Part shown: positions 53,292-64,000 of the stretch, piece after piece
How positions within the stretch are numbered: the first letter of the stretch is position 1
How the letters are laid out: each line of letters opens with the position of its first letter
Assembly (NCBI GenBank): GCA_030770535.1
Contig: JASVEC010000002.1
Span: forward strand, 1,798,001-1,862,000
Source of the DNA: Batkoa obscura
Taxonomy: Eukaryota
Reading direction: 5' to 3'
Length of the DNA: 64,000 bases
Made by a program: the position numbers and the translations under genes
Notes under the pieces: generated by a model
The model's input: only the letters and a program-made list of their open reading frames with translations
What the model was told of the DNA's origin: nothing
Database searches by the model: none

Positions 53292-54678
53292 TCAGTCTTT
53301 GCAGTCGCCAATTCCACCAGGGTATATAGAGTATCCTAAAAACAATTACTAATAGATTCAAATGCCTAATAACTATTATTTACTAGCTTCACTTTCTGGC
53401 ATATCTGGAGAATCATAAATCTTTACTATTCTTTCCTCTCCTTTTCCTTTTCTTAAACTTAATCTGGTAGTTGAACTAATAATGATCAGTATTTATCTAT
53501 TATCTTAGTTCATTTATTTACGCATGTGCTAGAATATGACCTCCAACCGGTTTTTTGGGATCTGATGTAAACATCATAGTCGCACCAGGATCAGAAGTCA
53601 TCTACTAATAGTTAGATTATTTATAAAGGCATCATTATAATAACTTGATTTGTAATGAATACAGCAAGATTGAATTCTTCGGATATTTTAATTAACCTTG
53701 ACAAAAAATAATTCAGTTTTTGTTGTCTTTCTCCAAGTTCACCACGACCAGAAAAGTCAGTTCGAAACAGGGCTATAACAGAATCAACAATCTAACAATG
53801 TGTTATTTTGATTTTATATTTATTAACTACTAATAGCTTAAAAGATCTCTCTTCAATAAACCTTGCTACTAAATCCGATAATAGATCTATTTGATGTTCT
53901 GAATTATAAGCCCTAGCAAAGGTTATATTATCTAAAACTGCGTCTGGATCAAGATCAAATCTTTCTGCTATTTCTTTAATCCTTTCTGGCCTAAATGTTC
54001 CTTCGGTATCAATATAAGCAGCTTTCCCACTTGCACCTCCTACTGATAATGGGAGCTGACAAGTTACACAAAGGGTATGGGCTATTTGAGTCTTACCAGT
54101 TCTAAATTCACCAAATGCTTCAGTTATCGACATGGATTGAATACCACCTATATATTATTATAATTCGACTTTTTAATCAAGTTATTTCATTACCCCCTAA
54201 TAACACATCAAAGTCCTTACAGCCAGTAGTGATTCTTAATATTGATTTTCTTTTTAACAAGAAATCTGAAGCAGATATGAAGCTACAGTTCTAAAAAATT
54301 AGTTGAGATTGAACCATAGTTAGTGAGTTTACAAGGATTTTAGATGCTGCTTCTTTAATTTTGTCAACTTTTAGCTCAGCCAAACCTTTTATTTTACACA
54401 AGTTTCGTTTTGTTGTCATTTGAACAGCCTATTAGGATTATATATAGAAAGATAGATAAAAAATATTTACTTTAATTGTACATATTCCATTAGATTTTAA
54501 TTTGGAAATATCTGAACTGTTAATTCCATGGGATTGTAGTTCATCTATCTCAATCAACGTGATATCCTATGATTATCAGGATTATTTACTAAGTTAGTAG
54601 TATTATTACTTCAGTTGACTGCTCCTCTTCAACCTCAAATTGAGTAGCTACACTTTTTTCTCTTTCTGAAGTTGCCAT
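53292..54678 (-). CDS. DMC1: Meiotic recombinase Dmc1, 9 exons
   Basis: [79 protein letters not shown]1-type rather than RAD51-type residues. Confidence 0.93.
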
Positions 54679-56322
54679 TATATCAGTTATTTTTTGATTA
54701 TTTTATTGCTATTTATTATTATTGTTAAAATGCATTTTACTAATAGCTGATTTGGGCTACTAGTGCTATTATCAATGCCTAATATTTGTAATAAAATGCA
54801 TTTTTATAGCTATATTCTATATTCTAGTTAATGAAGCTAAAAATAAGTAATTTAAAAACAAATCTAAATATATTATATATATTAGATAAGAAAGGCTATT
54901 ATTAGAAAGTATTCAAATAGTTATGATGCATATAAGTTGTAAGGAGCCAAAGATAGCTAAAAACGAATTGTAATCAATTAACCAATTGAGAATAAAATTT
55001 ATCAGTTTAATTTTTAACATGTTGCTATAAAAATAAATTTTAATATTAATTCTATAAAACACTTTCATTTTCAAAATTAAAGCATGATTTTAATTTAAAA
55101 AAATAGAATGAATAAAGATAAACACAGTAAAACTTATATGGCTATACTGCAACACTAAAATAAATAACATACTTTTATTAAAAAGGATATATATTAAGAA
55201 AAGATAATGTTATCAATGAAGAAATGATCTAATAAGTTGCAAACATTAAATCACTAAATTGCGAAAAGAATGCTTAAAGCGAATTGTTACTATATGATTT
55301 CATTTTTATTTTCCCAAGAAAATAAACCAAGGTATCTATTATTAAAGTTATTATTTGAATTATTTTGATTTATTTGTTTATTTATAAAAAAAATAACATA
55401 ATATTTTAATATAAAATATGGGATCAATGCTGTATTACATTATACAAACTAGTATTTTAGACTCAAATTATTTGTTATTTTTAAAACCCTGTTGACCTAA
55501 AAAGTCAAATTACAGCTGTCAAGTCAAATTAAAACAAAAATAAAAGCAAAATTCAATAAATTAATTTTGATTGGATAGAGATTTCCAATACAAAATAATA
55601 AATTTTATGTTCTGTAATACTATAGCTATGAGATCAGGATGATATAACAGTTGTCATATAACTTGTTAGTCCTTGCCAATTTATTAAACGTACGATAAGG
55701 AGCTAAATATAGTAATAGCTTAATAACATAATAAAGTACTTTAATTAACGGCCAGAGTTTTTTATTATACTGTCTTAAGCCTAATTTTTATTGGAAATTC
55801 CATGGGCAAATACTTTTCAGAATTCAATAAGAAAAAAGCCAATTTTAAACTTGAGGTGGTGTATTCGATTTGTTGGGGCGATTCATTTTTCATATGAAGG
55901 AACTTAATTTTATTTCATCCAATTAATTAAATTCAATATTTAATCACATTCATTTAAACTAACTTCTTATCTAATTTCTTATATCTATTTTTGGTTAAAT
56001 CCCTGCTTAGCAAGATTTTCTCTTATCTCCACCCAATAATAGACTTAGTATTTCTCTAACAAGTCTTACATTATGTTTTAAACGAATTAATAGAGGAGCC
56101 TAGAAATAAGGTATAAAAATCAGCATATCAATCGCAAAACATATATAAACAAAAGCTAAACTCCTAACAAGATTAATTTTTCAATAAATTTAAATCATTG
56201 ATATCTTATAAAGCGTTATTAAATAGTATTTGCAACTATTGAATGGAATTAAGCCCCCAATCTGTGAAATACTATACCCTAAATCAATTATCCATATATT
56301 ATACTTTTAATTCATATCCAAG

Positions 56323-56880
56323 ATGATCGAAGTTCCAAGACATACTCAAATGAATCAAACCATTAACAAAAATGAAGTACCTTTTGTACCAAAGTTATTG
56401 CCTCCTCTTCCTCGTGTTTCTCCAACCAACCAAGCCAATGTTGACCAAGTCTGTTTCCAATGGAATAATGGTCAAAAAGGTCTAGAGCCATCCATGCTCT
56501 GCTTTGCTTCAAGTAAAGCTGAAGGAGACCAGTTACGCCATAATCCATTTTCAGGGATCTATATCAATTATCTATATGGACAACAATCTTGCGATAAGTA
56601 CCAAGAATGTAGCCAAAAAGGAAGAAAATTCCAATTCGATACTAACAGTCAAAACCATCAGTTGGACCTCGGGCATGGCTTCGAAAATATGAAGCAACAT
56701 GCTGTAAAAGTTTGCCAACCTACTATTGAAACTGGTTCTAATTACTTACAAAGTTGGACTAACGGGTTTCAAGAAAAATTCATGAAAAGTTATTTTAATG
56801 CTATCAAAGAAGGGGAGGGAGTTAACTTGGCTAAAAAAATGATAAATAGCCTTAGTACAAAGAGCAAAGATGAGGAATAA
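56323..56880 (+). CDS. Hypothetical 185-aa protein (intronless)
   Basis: ATG-initiated ORF with coding-like GC in an AT-rich background; no recognised motif. Confidence 0.65.
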   Translation: MIEVPRHTQMNQTINKNEVPFVPKLLPPLPRVSPTNQANVDQVCFQWNNGQKGLEPSMLCFASSKAEGDQLRHNPFSGIYINYLYGQQSCDKYQECSQKGRKFQFDTNSQNHQLDLGHGFENMKQHAVKVCQPTIETGSNYLQSWTNGFQEKFMKSYFNAIKEGEGVNLAKKMINSLSTKSKDEE

Positions 56881-57740
56881 TATTAATATTTAGAGTAGCA
56901 TTCCTTTTAATTTATTAAATAAAATTTTTATTCTTTAATACTGATTATTTTATTGTTAAAATTTATTTTAATGCCATTAAATTTGGAGAAATTCACTTTC
57001 ACATGATAGATCCTCAGGGTAAATTTGTGTTGTTATCTAATAGACATTAATATGGTTAACATTGATGGTTCCTCATCTTAATATGTAATGAACTAATGAC
57101 ATATTATTATTTATTGCAAATATATGACGCAGCAATATAGGAATGTTTTAATTTAACATAGAATATAAACATAATAATATTAAGTTATTGCAGATAAACT
57201 TTGTTTTTTATCAATAATAAACTATCATGTTTGAAGTTCATTAACTGCTATCAGTTTTATCATGTGAACTTAATATTATCAATAGTGGTAAAAGATAAAA
57301 ATGATATTCATAAATAATCAATAATAAAAGTAATATTTTTATATGAAAACTTTGTCTGTACTAATGTCTTTAATTTGGTTAGTTAAATTGAACTTTAAAG
57401 TTTTAAACAGTTTGAGTTTAGTCTAAATAATTTTAATCCACACTTTAATATTCTTTGTGAGGTTTTATTTTTAAGCCTGGGCCTTATTATTTTATTAATT
57501 TTATGTAAAACCTTTCTTTAATTATGTAATAAATTTTTTAGTGTATTTCTTTGAATAAATTTTAAAAATCAAAAAATTATTGTTTAGTGTATAATCAAAT
57601 ATGCTAATAAATTAATTGAAAAAACTATTTATCAACTGTTAAAAAAGAGTGTAGAGATTTATTTAGAAAATGCTAAAATTTTATTTTATTAATTAGAAAT
57701 ATAAACAACTTGAAACATAAAGCGGATATTTAAAAAAACT

Positions 57741-58544
57741 TTACTTCTCATCCTCTTGAAAATAATTGATATCAAACCCTTTAAAGACATTGCCGAAATC
57801 CGGTTTATAATCATCGTCATGGACCTTAATATCCAAACTAGAATTGACTAAGGTATCTCTTGAAGTATTGATCGACAATCTTCGTTGCTGTTGAGCATAC
57901 TTTGGCAGTTCACTAATTTTTTTGCCACGAAATGAACTTTTAGGCCTATTTGGACCCAAAAATTTCTTTGGGTCTGTTTTTAACATTTCTTCAAAACTCA
58001 TCTCTTGTTCCAATTCTGACTCATCATAACAATCAAAATTAAGCATAGAGAAAGAAGTTGACATGCGTCTTGAATGGTTACTAGAAAAGGGATTAAATAA
58101 TAGCCCTTTTTTAGTTGTTTTTTTCTTTATCATTTTGTTTTTTTCCCCTTTTTCTAATAAACTTGGACTTTTTTTTGGTTTACAATGAAAGCTTTCATCC
58201 ATTTTCTTATTAAATGACTTTCTAGCTATGACTATGATAATAATAATTAATATCAATAATACCCCACCGGCTATTCCTACAATCAACCCTATCGGCGTTG
58301 ATGAGCCATTGCTTGATGTTGTGCTTTTGTTCACTTGAGTTGAATTTCCCACACAACTTACGGAAGGGCATGTGTCACATGTGCGTACGGATACTATACA
58401 TATCTTATCATCTGGACATTTTGGACACATTGGACGCGCTATTGGACATTGTACGCATTCAGTGCTTGTCTCATTTAAATTCATTTTTTGGTCATCAGCA
58501 ATTAATAAATAATTAGGTGTTATGTCTAATTTACTGTTAGACAT
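57741..58544 (-). CDS. OPY2: Opy2-like single-pass membrane anchor
   Basis: Eight-Cys domain CVQCPIARPMCPKCPDDKIC...TCDTCPSVSC, S/T stalk, one TM helix, basic cytoplasmic tail. Confidence 0.78.
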   Translation of the reverse strand: MSNSKLDITPNYLLIADDQKMNLNETSTECVQCPIARPMCPKCPDDKICIVSVRTCDTCPSVSCVGNSTQVNKSTTSSNGSSTPIGLIVGIAGGVLLILIIIIIVIARKSFNKKMDESFHCKPKKSPSLLEKGEKNKMIKKKTTKKGLLFNPFSSNHSRRMSTSFSMLNFDCYDESELEQEMSFEEMLKTDPKKFLGPNRPKSSFRGKKISELPKYAQQQRRLSINTSRDTLVNSSLDIKVHDDDYKPDFGNVFKGFDINYFQEDEK

Positions 58545-59760
58545 AATTTTAAAATGTTAATAACAATAAAAAAAAGCAAGGAAAATAAAAAGTTAAAAAT
58601 TAATCTGTCTTATTTTATAAATTGACTTTATTAATAGTTGTTTATTGCACTGTATTATACCATATTATATAATTTTTTCAGAGGTAATTTATTATTATTA
58701 AGTATAGGTTCCCTTCCTATTTTTTTAACAGTAGAAATCATTAACCCGCTAATATTTTTACCAGTTCTAAGTTAATCAAAGTTTGACTGAATTGCTCAAC
58801 ATGATTGGGCTTTGTTTAATAATCTTAAATAAATAAAAGTATTTTAAATATTTGTATTCGTGTTTGTATGATTTTCTTATTACCAAACCTTTGCTTTTAA
58901 ATTTAATTAATTAGTTTATTATTGTTGGAATTTGAAGCTGCATTTTAATTGTTTTATTTATTGATGAGTAATAAAAATATTAAGCAAAGGAACAACCATT
59001 TTTGGTAATATTATAGAACTACGTTTTGTTAAATGGACTTACATATAAAGCTAAAGAAGTAAAATTACTATTAGCTTTTATTTTTAAATAAATGTTTTGA
59101 ACAATTCTACTTTGAGCCTCTCTTTGATATAGTTTATTAATCAACTAATTGGTGTGTTTTTATACAGCATTTTTTAATTTGTTATAGACAAAACCATTGA
59201 ATCTTCTATTAATAGCAACTGCCTTGATCACTTGGCTTACCCACCACCAATACTATAAACCGGCCTTTGGAATTTAATCTAGCCCGACTCCTCTTGAAAT
59301 CTGTGCCTCCAAACGACTAGTTTAGTTGGTTAGGAAATTCTCCCTTGTTTAGCTAAAACTAACTCAGTTTAAAATAGTGAAAGAGCTTCAGACAGGTAGT
59401 TCTTTTGGTATAATACTTTAGTAACAATATATAGCCCTTCAGTCTTTTTTGTTTACTTCGTTACTATGCCTATTCCTTCTGAATCTAACAAACTATAAGT
59501 ATTCACTATAAATAAAAGTAACTATAAAACTACAAAGAAAATGTGTATTGAAACAAATAATAAGTAAAAAATCATTTTATTGAAAAATAACAAACATTGC
59601 AAATAAGAAAGTAACTATCTAAGTAAAAGAAGATGTGAGTCCATTTAAAAAGAGTGATATAAATTAATCAAAAAAAGATTATTATTGGTGATGCTTCATT
59701 AATAATATCATCAATGCTTCAAAATTACAAAAAGCATGCAGTTATAATAAACCAATAATT

Positions 59761-60687
59761 TCAGCTAAAGTTATAAAATATCATAATTCGTGATGTTAAC
59801 AAAATCATCTTATCACTTAAATAGCCATCATCTTTATCGATAGAAACTAAATCTTTGGAAGTTAAGATACTAGAACTCTCATTACTAAAATATTCTTTTT
59901 CATCAAATCTATCTGCTTCTTTAGTAGCAGCATTAGCGTAACCTTCGTCATCCTAGTTATTATATTCACTTGAATAAGCTTTATCCTTAGTGATGATATC
60001 AATATAATATCCACCATCTAATAAAATATGTCCATTATAAAAACAGGCTGCATTTTCGGAAGTGATAGTAATAGAGCTATCATCAGTCATATAACCACCT
60101 CCTTCATCAAAACAAAACGTATCTTTAGAATTTAAACCAATATAAACTTTCTCGTCTAAGCATGTAGTTCTCTTACTAAATTGACAAACTTTTTTAGGGG
60201 TAATGGTAGCAGAATTGTCACTGCTTATGTAACCATCTTCTTCATCAAAGTAAACTGCATCCTTTATGATAATATTGGTATAATTACCACCATTTAAAAA
60301 AACAGATCCATTACTAGAATTAATAGTGTCCTTGATAGTAATAGTAGTATACTTCCCATCACCTGAATAATTGTATTCCTCGCCAAAGCGAGCTGTATCT
60401 TTAATATTAATATAAGCATAATTATATACATCTGAAAAACCAATTCTATCACCAAAACAATTAGTACCCTCAGCAGTAATATTTGCATAATCTTCAGAGT
60501 CAAAATCAGCTTTACTAAACTTTAGAGCTTCAATAATGGTAGAAATATACGTCTATTTTATTTAATCCGTAGCATTGAAATCGTTGTCAATTTGATTAAG
60601 TTGACTATCGTATTTTATAGCAGTATTGTTAAAGCTATAAAATGATAAAATCTTTATATACCTTTTAAAGAAATTAATGTTGAACAT
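59761..60687 (-). pseudogene. Stop-interrupted ORF encoding ~10 tandem 22-23-aa repeats
   Basis: Single frame from ATG 60687 to TGA 59761 with in-frame stops at 60562, 60553 and 59953; repeats such as YAYINIKDTARFGEEYNYSGDGK and YTNIIIKDAVYFDEEDGYISSDN. Confidence 0.72.
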
Positions 60688-60739
60688 TTGAATCTGATAA
60701 AGTTAGTAATTAACCTATGTGTCAAATAAAACAATTTAT

Positions 60740-60839
60740 GGGGACGTATTTTTATGTGTAAGAATTTTACTAACAAATTTTCCATTCAAATAGTACTTAA
60801 AAGATAGAAAAAGTAATGAAGCCAAAAAAAAACAGCCCC
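60740..60839 (-). mobile_element. MITE family A copy (reverse)
   Basis: GGGGACGT...ACAGCCCC, near-consensus core; flanks TTAT/AAAT do not match. Confidence 0.85.
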
Positions 60840-61041
60840 AAATATATTAACTTTTAGAAAAATACCAGAAAATTATAACTAGATTTTATTTTTTAATTTG
60901 TTTTATCATATTTTGTAATAACGTTTTTTCAAACATTTTATCACTGAAGCTATGTTACAAATAATATTAAAAATGTTAGATACTTTTAGTTAAAACACTA
61001 AAATTAGAATCGTCACCAGCTGACTCTAACAGACGTAATAT

Positions 61042-61137
61042 GTGGATATATTTTTTGGCTTCATCACTTTTCTATTTTTTAAGCACTATTTGAATGGAAA
61101 AAATGTTAGTAAAATTCTTGCACAAAAATACATCTCC
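61042..61137 (+). mobile_element. MITE family A copy
   Basis: GTGGATAT...ACATCTCC; flanks ATAT/ATAG. Confidence 0.82.
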
Positions 61138-62217
61138 ATAGAATAATTATAACATGAAAAATTATTACATATATAAATACAATAGAAAATTAATAAAATT
61201 AATAAAACTTGACCAAACATTTTTTTAAAACTTGTATAGTAGTAAAAATAAACAGAAAAGTGATTTAAGCTATAAATTCTTTTATCTGTTTTGACGTTTA
61301 TAGTATAAAAAAGTCACAAGTAAGATGGTTTATAAATTATTCAATTCTATTTTAATATAGGATGCGATTGACTTACTAGAAATTAACTAAACATTACCAA
61401 AGCTTTTAAATCTATAATGCTTTGAATTTTATAAGAAAAGTTTTTGTCGATTGCTTTTAAATTTTAGATAGTACTTAATAGTACTTTTTATACTATATTT
61501 TATTATATTTTTATTGTAATATAAAATATTTTGCTTTTTATCTCCATATTCTTTATTTAATAAACTACAGGATTCTTAAATTTCGCTAAATAGACTTAAA
61601 ATTCTCTAATTAAAGAATAGTACTTTGCATTTTTAGTAAATGCTTACATTTTTAAATGTACTTAAAACCTTAATATCATATGAATTTTATTTATAATATA
61701 TGAAATTCTGCTTGGTTGCTGTATATTTTTTTGAAATTAAATAATAAAACTGTTTTTAAAAATTTATAGTAAGAGCATTTACTGTTTAGTGTCCGTTTTT
61801 TCATTTTCTCGCCTTAATTATTTAGTTACATTTGAAATGCTAAATAAAACATTTTAATGTTAAATCCTCATTCTTTAATTTTGATTATGTTTTAGCTTTA
61901 AGGGAATTGTTATAATATACTTATATCATTGTATATTATAGACACTAAATTTTGTTCTAATTTATAGTTTTATAAAATTTTGTAGTGTAAAAAGTTATCA
62001 AATATTTTAAAATATAAATTTAATTTGAAGTTTTAACTTTTAAAGTAAAAAAAGTTGACTCTAAAAATTTAGACTTGTTGACTTATATTTCTAAGTGACA
62101 GTTGTAATACAATTAATCGTATAGCCCAAAAACAATAAAATAGATAAAGTTCCAAACACTATAATTATACTATCGCCCCCGTAAATTTAAGGAATTAAAC
62201 AAAAAAAATAAGCAGGA

Positions 62218-62247
62218 AAAAACTAACTAGAATTCTAGTTAGTTTTT
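62218..62247. repeat. Perfect 30-bp palindrome
   Basis: AAAAACTAACTAGAATTCTAGTTAGTTTTT equals its own reverse complement. Confidence 0.9.
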
Positions 62248-62309
62248 AAATCTTAGCCATTTAACTTTATTTTAATTTCTTTGCTTCGCCTAATCCTTGT
62301 TTTACATGT

Positions 62310-62414
62310 GGGGATGTATTTTTGTGTTTAAGAATTTTACTAACAATCTTTCCACTCAAATATTGCTTAAAAAATGGAAGAAGTAATGAAGTAATGAAGT
62401 CAAAAAAACATCCC
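62310..62414 (-). mobile_element. MITE family A copy (reverse) with internal 8-bp duplication
   Basis: TSD ATGT (62306-62309 and 62415-62418); AAGTAATG is duplicated internally. Confidence 0.9.
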
Positions 62415-62600
62415 ATGTTTATATAAGACTACAATTATTTTGATTTCTTTATTTTCCTCATAATTTTGTATTTACAAAAAGTTTGAACTTGTCTTTTATG
62501 AGCTTTAAAAAAACATTGTATAAATTCAATCAATTTTACAATTCTTTATTTCAGAAATGACAATTTAAAATGGTAAATTGTCTTTTTTTATTTTGAAATT

Positions 62601-63375
62601 ATGAATCAACAAAATTCAGCATCAACATCAAAACCTGGCCAAACAACCTACCCGCCAAAACCAAAGAGTACAAGTTCTATCCAAGTGCATCCAAACCAAC
62701 GAGGGAATCCTTTATTACAGTACATAAGAAGCTGTCCGTGGACTTGGGCAGAAATTGATATCAATAGAATATCTGACAACTTTCCTGATTATTTAGTAGG
62801 CAAGGGGCATGCACTCTTATTTTTATCCTTAAAATATCACAAAATCCATCCAGAATATATTTACAATCGATTAAATCTAATCAGTGGCTATAAATTAACA
62901 GTGATTTTATGTCAAATTGACATCCCAGATCATCAAGACTTTTTAAAAGAATTACATCAACTATCATTTAACAGTTCAGCTACTCTGTTTCTTTGTTGGT
63001 CGTCTGAAGAAGCAGGTAGATACATTGAGTGTTTTAAGGTTATGGAAAATAAATCACCAGATTTTATTCAATCTAAAGTTGCAATGGATCAGTTCGATAG
63101 TCCTTATTTAGCGCTGATGAACGAATCTCTGACCAAAGTTAGGTCCGTTAATAAAACAGATGTATTGACGTTGGCTTCTACATTTGGTAGCTTTGGAAAA
63201 TTAGCATTTGCTACAAAACAGCAGTTGTCACTATGTCCAGGATTGGGAGATAAGAAAGTGAGTTTTAACTTTTATTTTAACACTTAAAACTCAATTATCT
63301 ATTTAGGTAGTTCAGTTAGAAAAGGTATTTAGTCAGCCATTTAACCTCAAAGACGAGGCTGGTCAGGAGGAGTAG
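62601..63375 (+). CDS. RAD10: Rad10/ERCC1/Swi10 endonuclease subunit, 2 exons
   Basis: IQVHPNQRGNPLL, PDYLVG, LFLSLKYH..HPEYIY.R, WS.EEAGRY.E, VRSVNKTD, CPGLG.KK (HhH). Confidence 0.94.
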
Positions 63376-63542
63376 GAGTATTTATTTTGAGATTTAATGA
63401 ATAAAATTTTGTTTATTGAAGTTAATTTGAGTAATAGTTTTTACATTTACTGGAATATGTGGATTCTTTACAATCATAAAAACTAAAATTTACGAGATTT
63501 AATTTAAAACTTCTTTTCAAGGTTTAAAAAACTGAACAAATA

Positions 63543-64000
63543 ATGACGATAACTGAAGGTATGGATAGTAAATATAAACATGTAGATAATAAATTAAAGT
63601 AAACAGAGATTGATTCCAAAATATTAAAAGAAATCGAAGATGCCGCAGCCACAGGAGAAATAAAGTATTATTAGATTTAAATTTAATTTATTTTGAAAAT
63701 AAACCAATTTAAAAGAGTGCCATGGGTCGAGTTCAAAAGATATCTTAAATTGAAACTAGAACAAGTAAGTAGAACTATCGCCTGAGAGAGCAATTCTCTA
63801 ACAATTATAAGAACTATAAAATCTATCTAGAAAATGAAAAAGAATCGGAATCCAGTATTGAAATACAGGATTTGTATTCAAAAGCAAATAGCTTGATTGA
63901 GCATATGCTTGGGTAATCTTGGATTTCAAATTGAATTTTACAAATCAGTTAATTAAATAAACAGTCGCCCCTTCACTTTCCAAAGGATATGTGAGATATT
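63543..64000 (+). CDS. Protein phosphatase 4 regulatory subunit 2 (PPP4R2/Psy4)-like, 5' part; absent from ORF track
   Basis: Five short exons splice to MTITEEIDSKILKEI..AA.TGE...PW...K...PFTFQRICEI, matching the PF(T)xQRxCE signature; runs off the window. Confidence 0.75.

Noticed and set aside
11924..54678. Search for U12-type or AT-AC introns
   Set aside because: Every intron I reconstructed was GT-AG without the RTATCCTT minor donor.
59761..60687. Stop-codon reassignment to explain the in-frame TAA/TAG
   Set aside because: Conserved genes in the window terminate normally at TAA, TAG and TGA, so pseudogenisation is simpler.
53292..64000. DMC1, RAD10 and PPP4R2 as a DNA-repair gene cluster
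   Set aside because: Separated by unrelated genes; proximity is compatible with chance without synteny data.

Overview
Very AT-rich, gene-dense eukaryotic nuclear DNA with many tiny (mostly ~40-60 nt) GT-AG introns. The gene content is fungal; an early-diverging lineage such as Zoopagomycota/Entomophthoromycotina is my inference and is not proven. Manual splicing supports about 24 protein-coding genes: mitochondrial TyrRS (partial), RIO1, IMPDH, HEM13, ARB1, SLT11/RBM22, ISA2, a TBL1/SIF2-like gene, SPC1, VPS13, a MARVEL protein, a secreted GMC oxidoreductase, a class III-like eIF4E, CRD1, a tandem FAR1/AFT-like zinc-finger gene, a C2+lipase, MZM1, a bacterial-type EF-P with a probable mitochondrial presequence, DMC1, an OPY2-like gene, RAD10/ERCC1, PPP4R2 (partial) and three unknowns. 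The ORF track missed or fragmented several of these. Non-genic highlights: (i) a ~100-bp MITE family (about 19 copies, GGGG...CCCC ends, 4-bp ATNN target duplication, folds as one hairpin); (ii) a three-layer nested insertion (LTR-like > MITE > LTR-like) at 30.7-31.7 kb; (iii) a decayed tandem duplicate of the zinc-finger gene; (iv) a hidden, stop-interrupted ORF built from ~23-aa repeats; (v) a perfect 30-bp palindrome. All homology calls come from motif recognition by eye; no searches were run.
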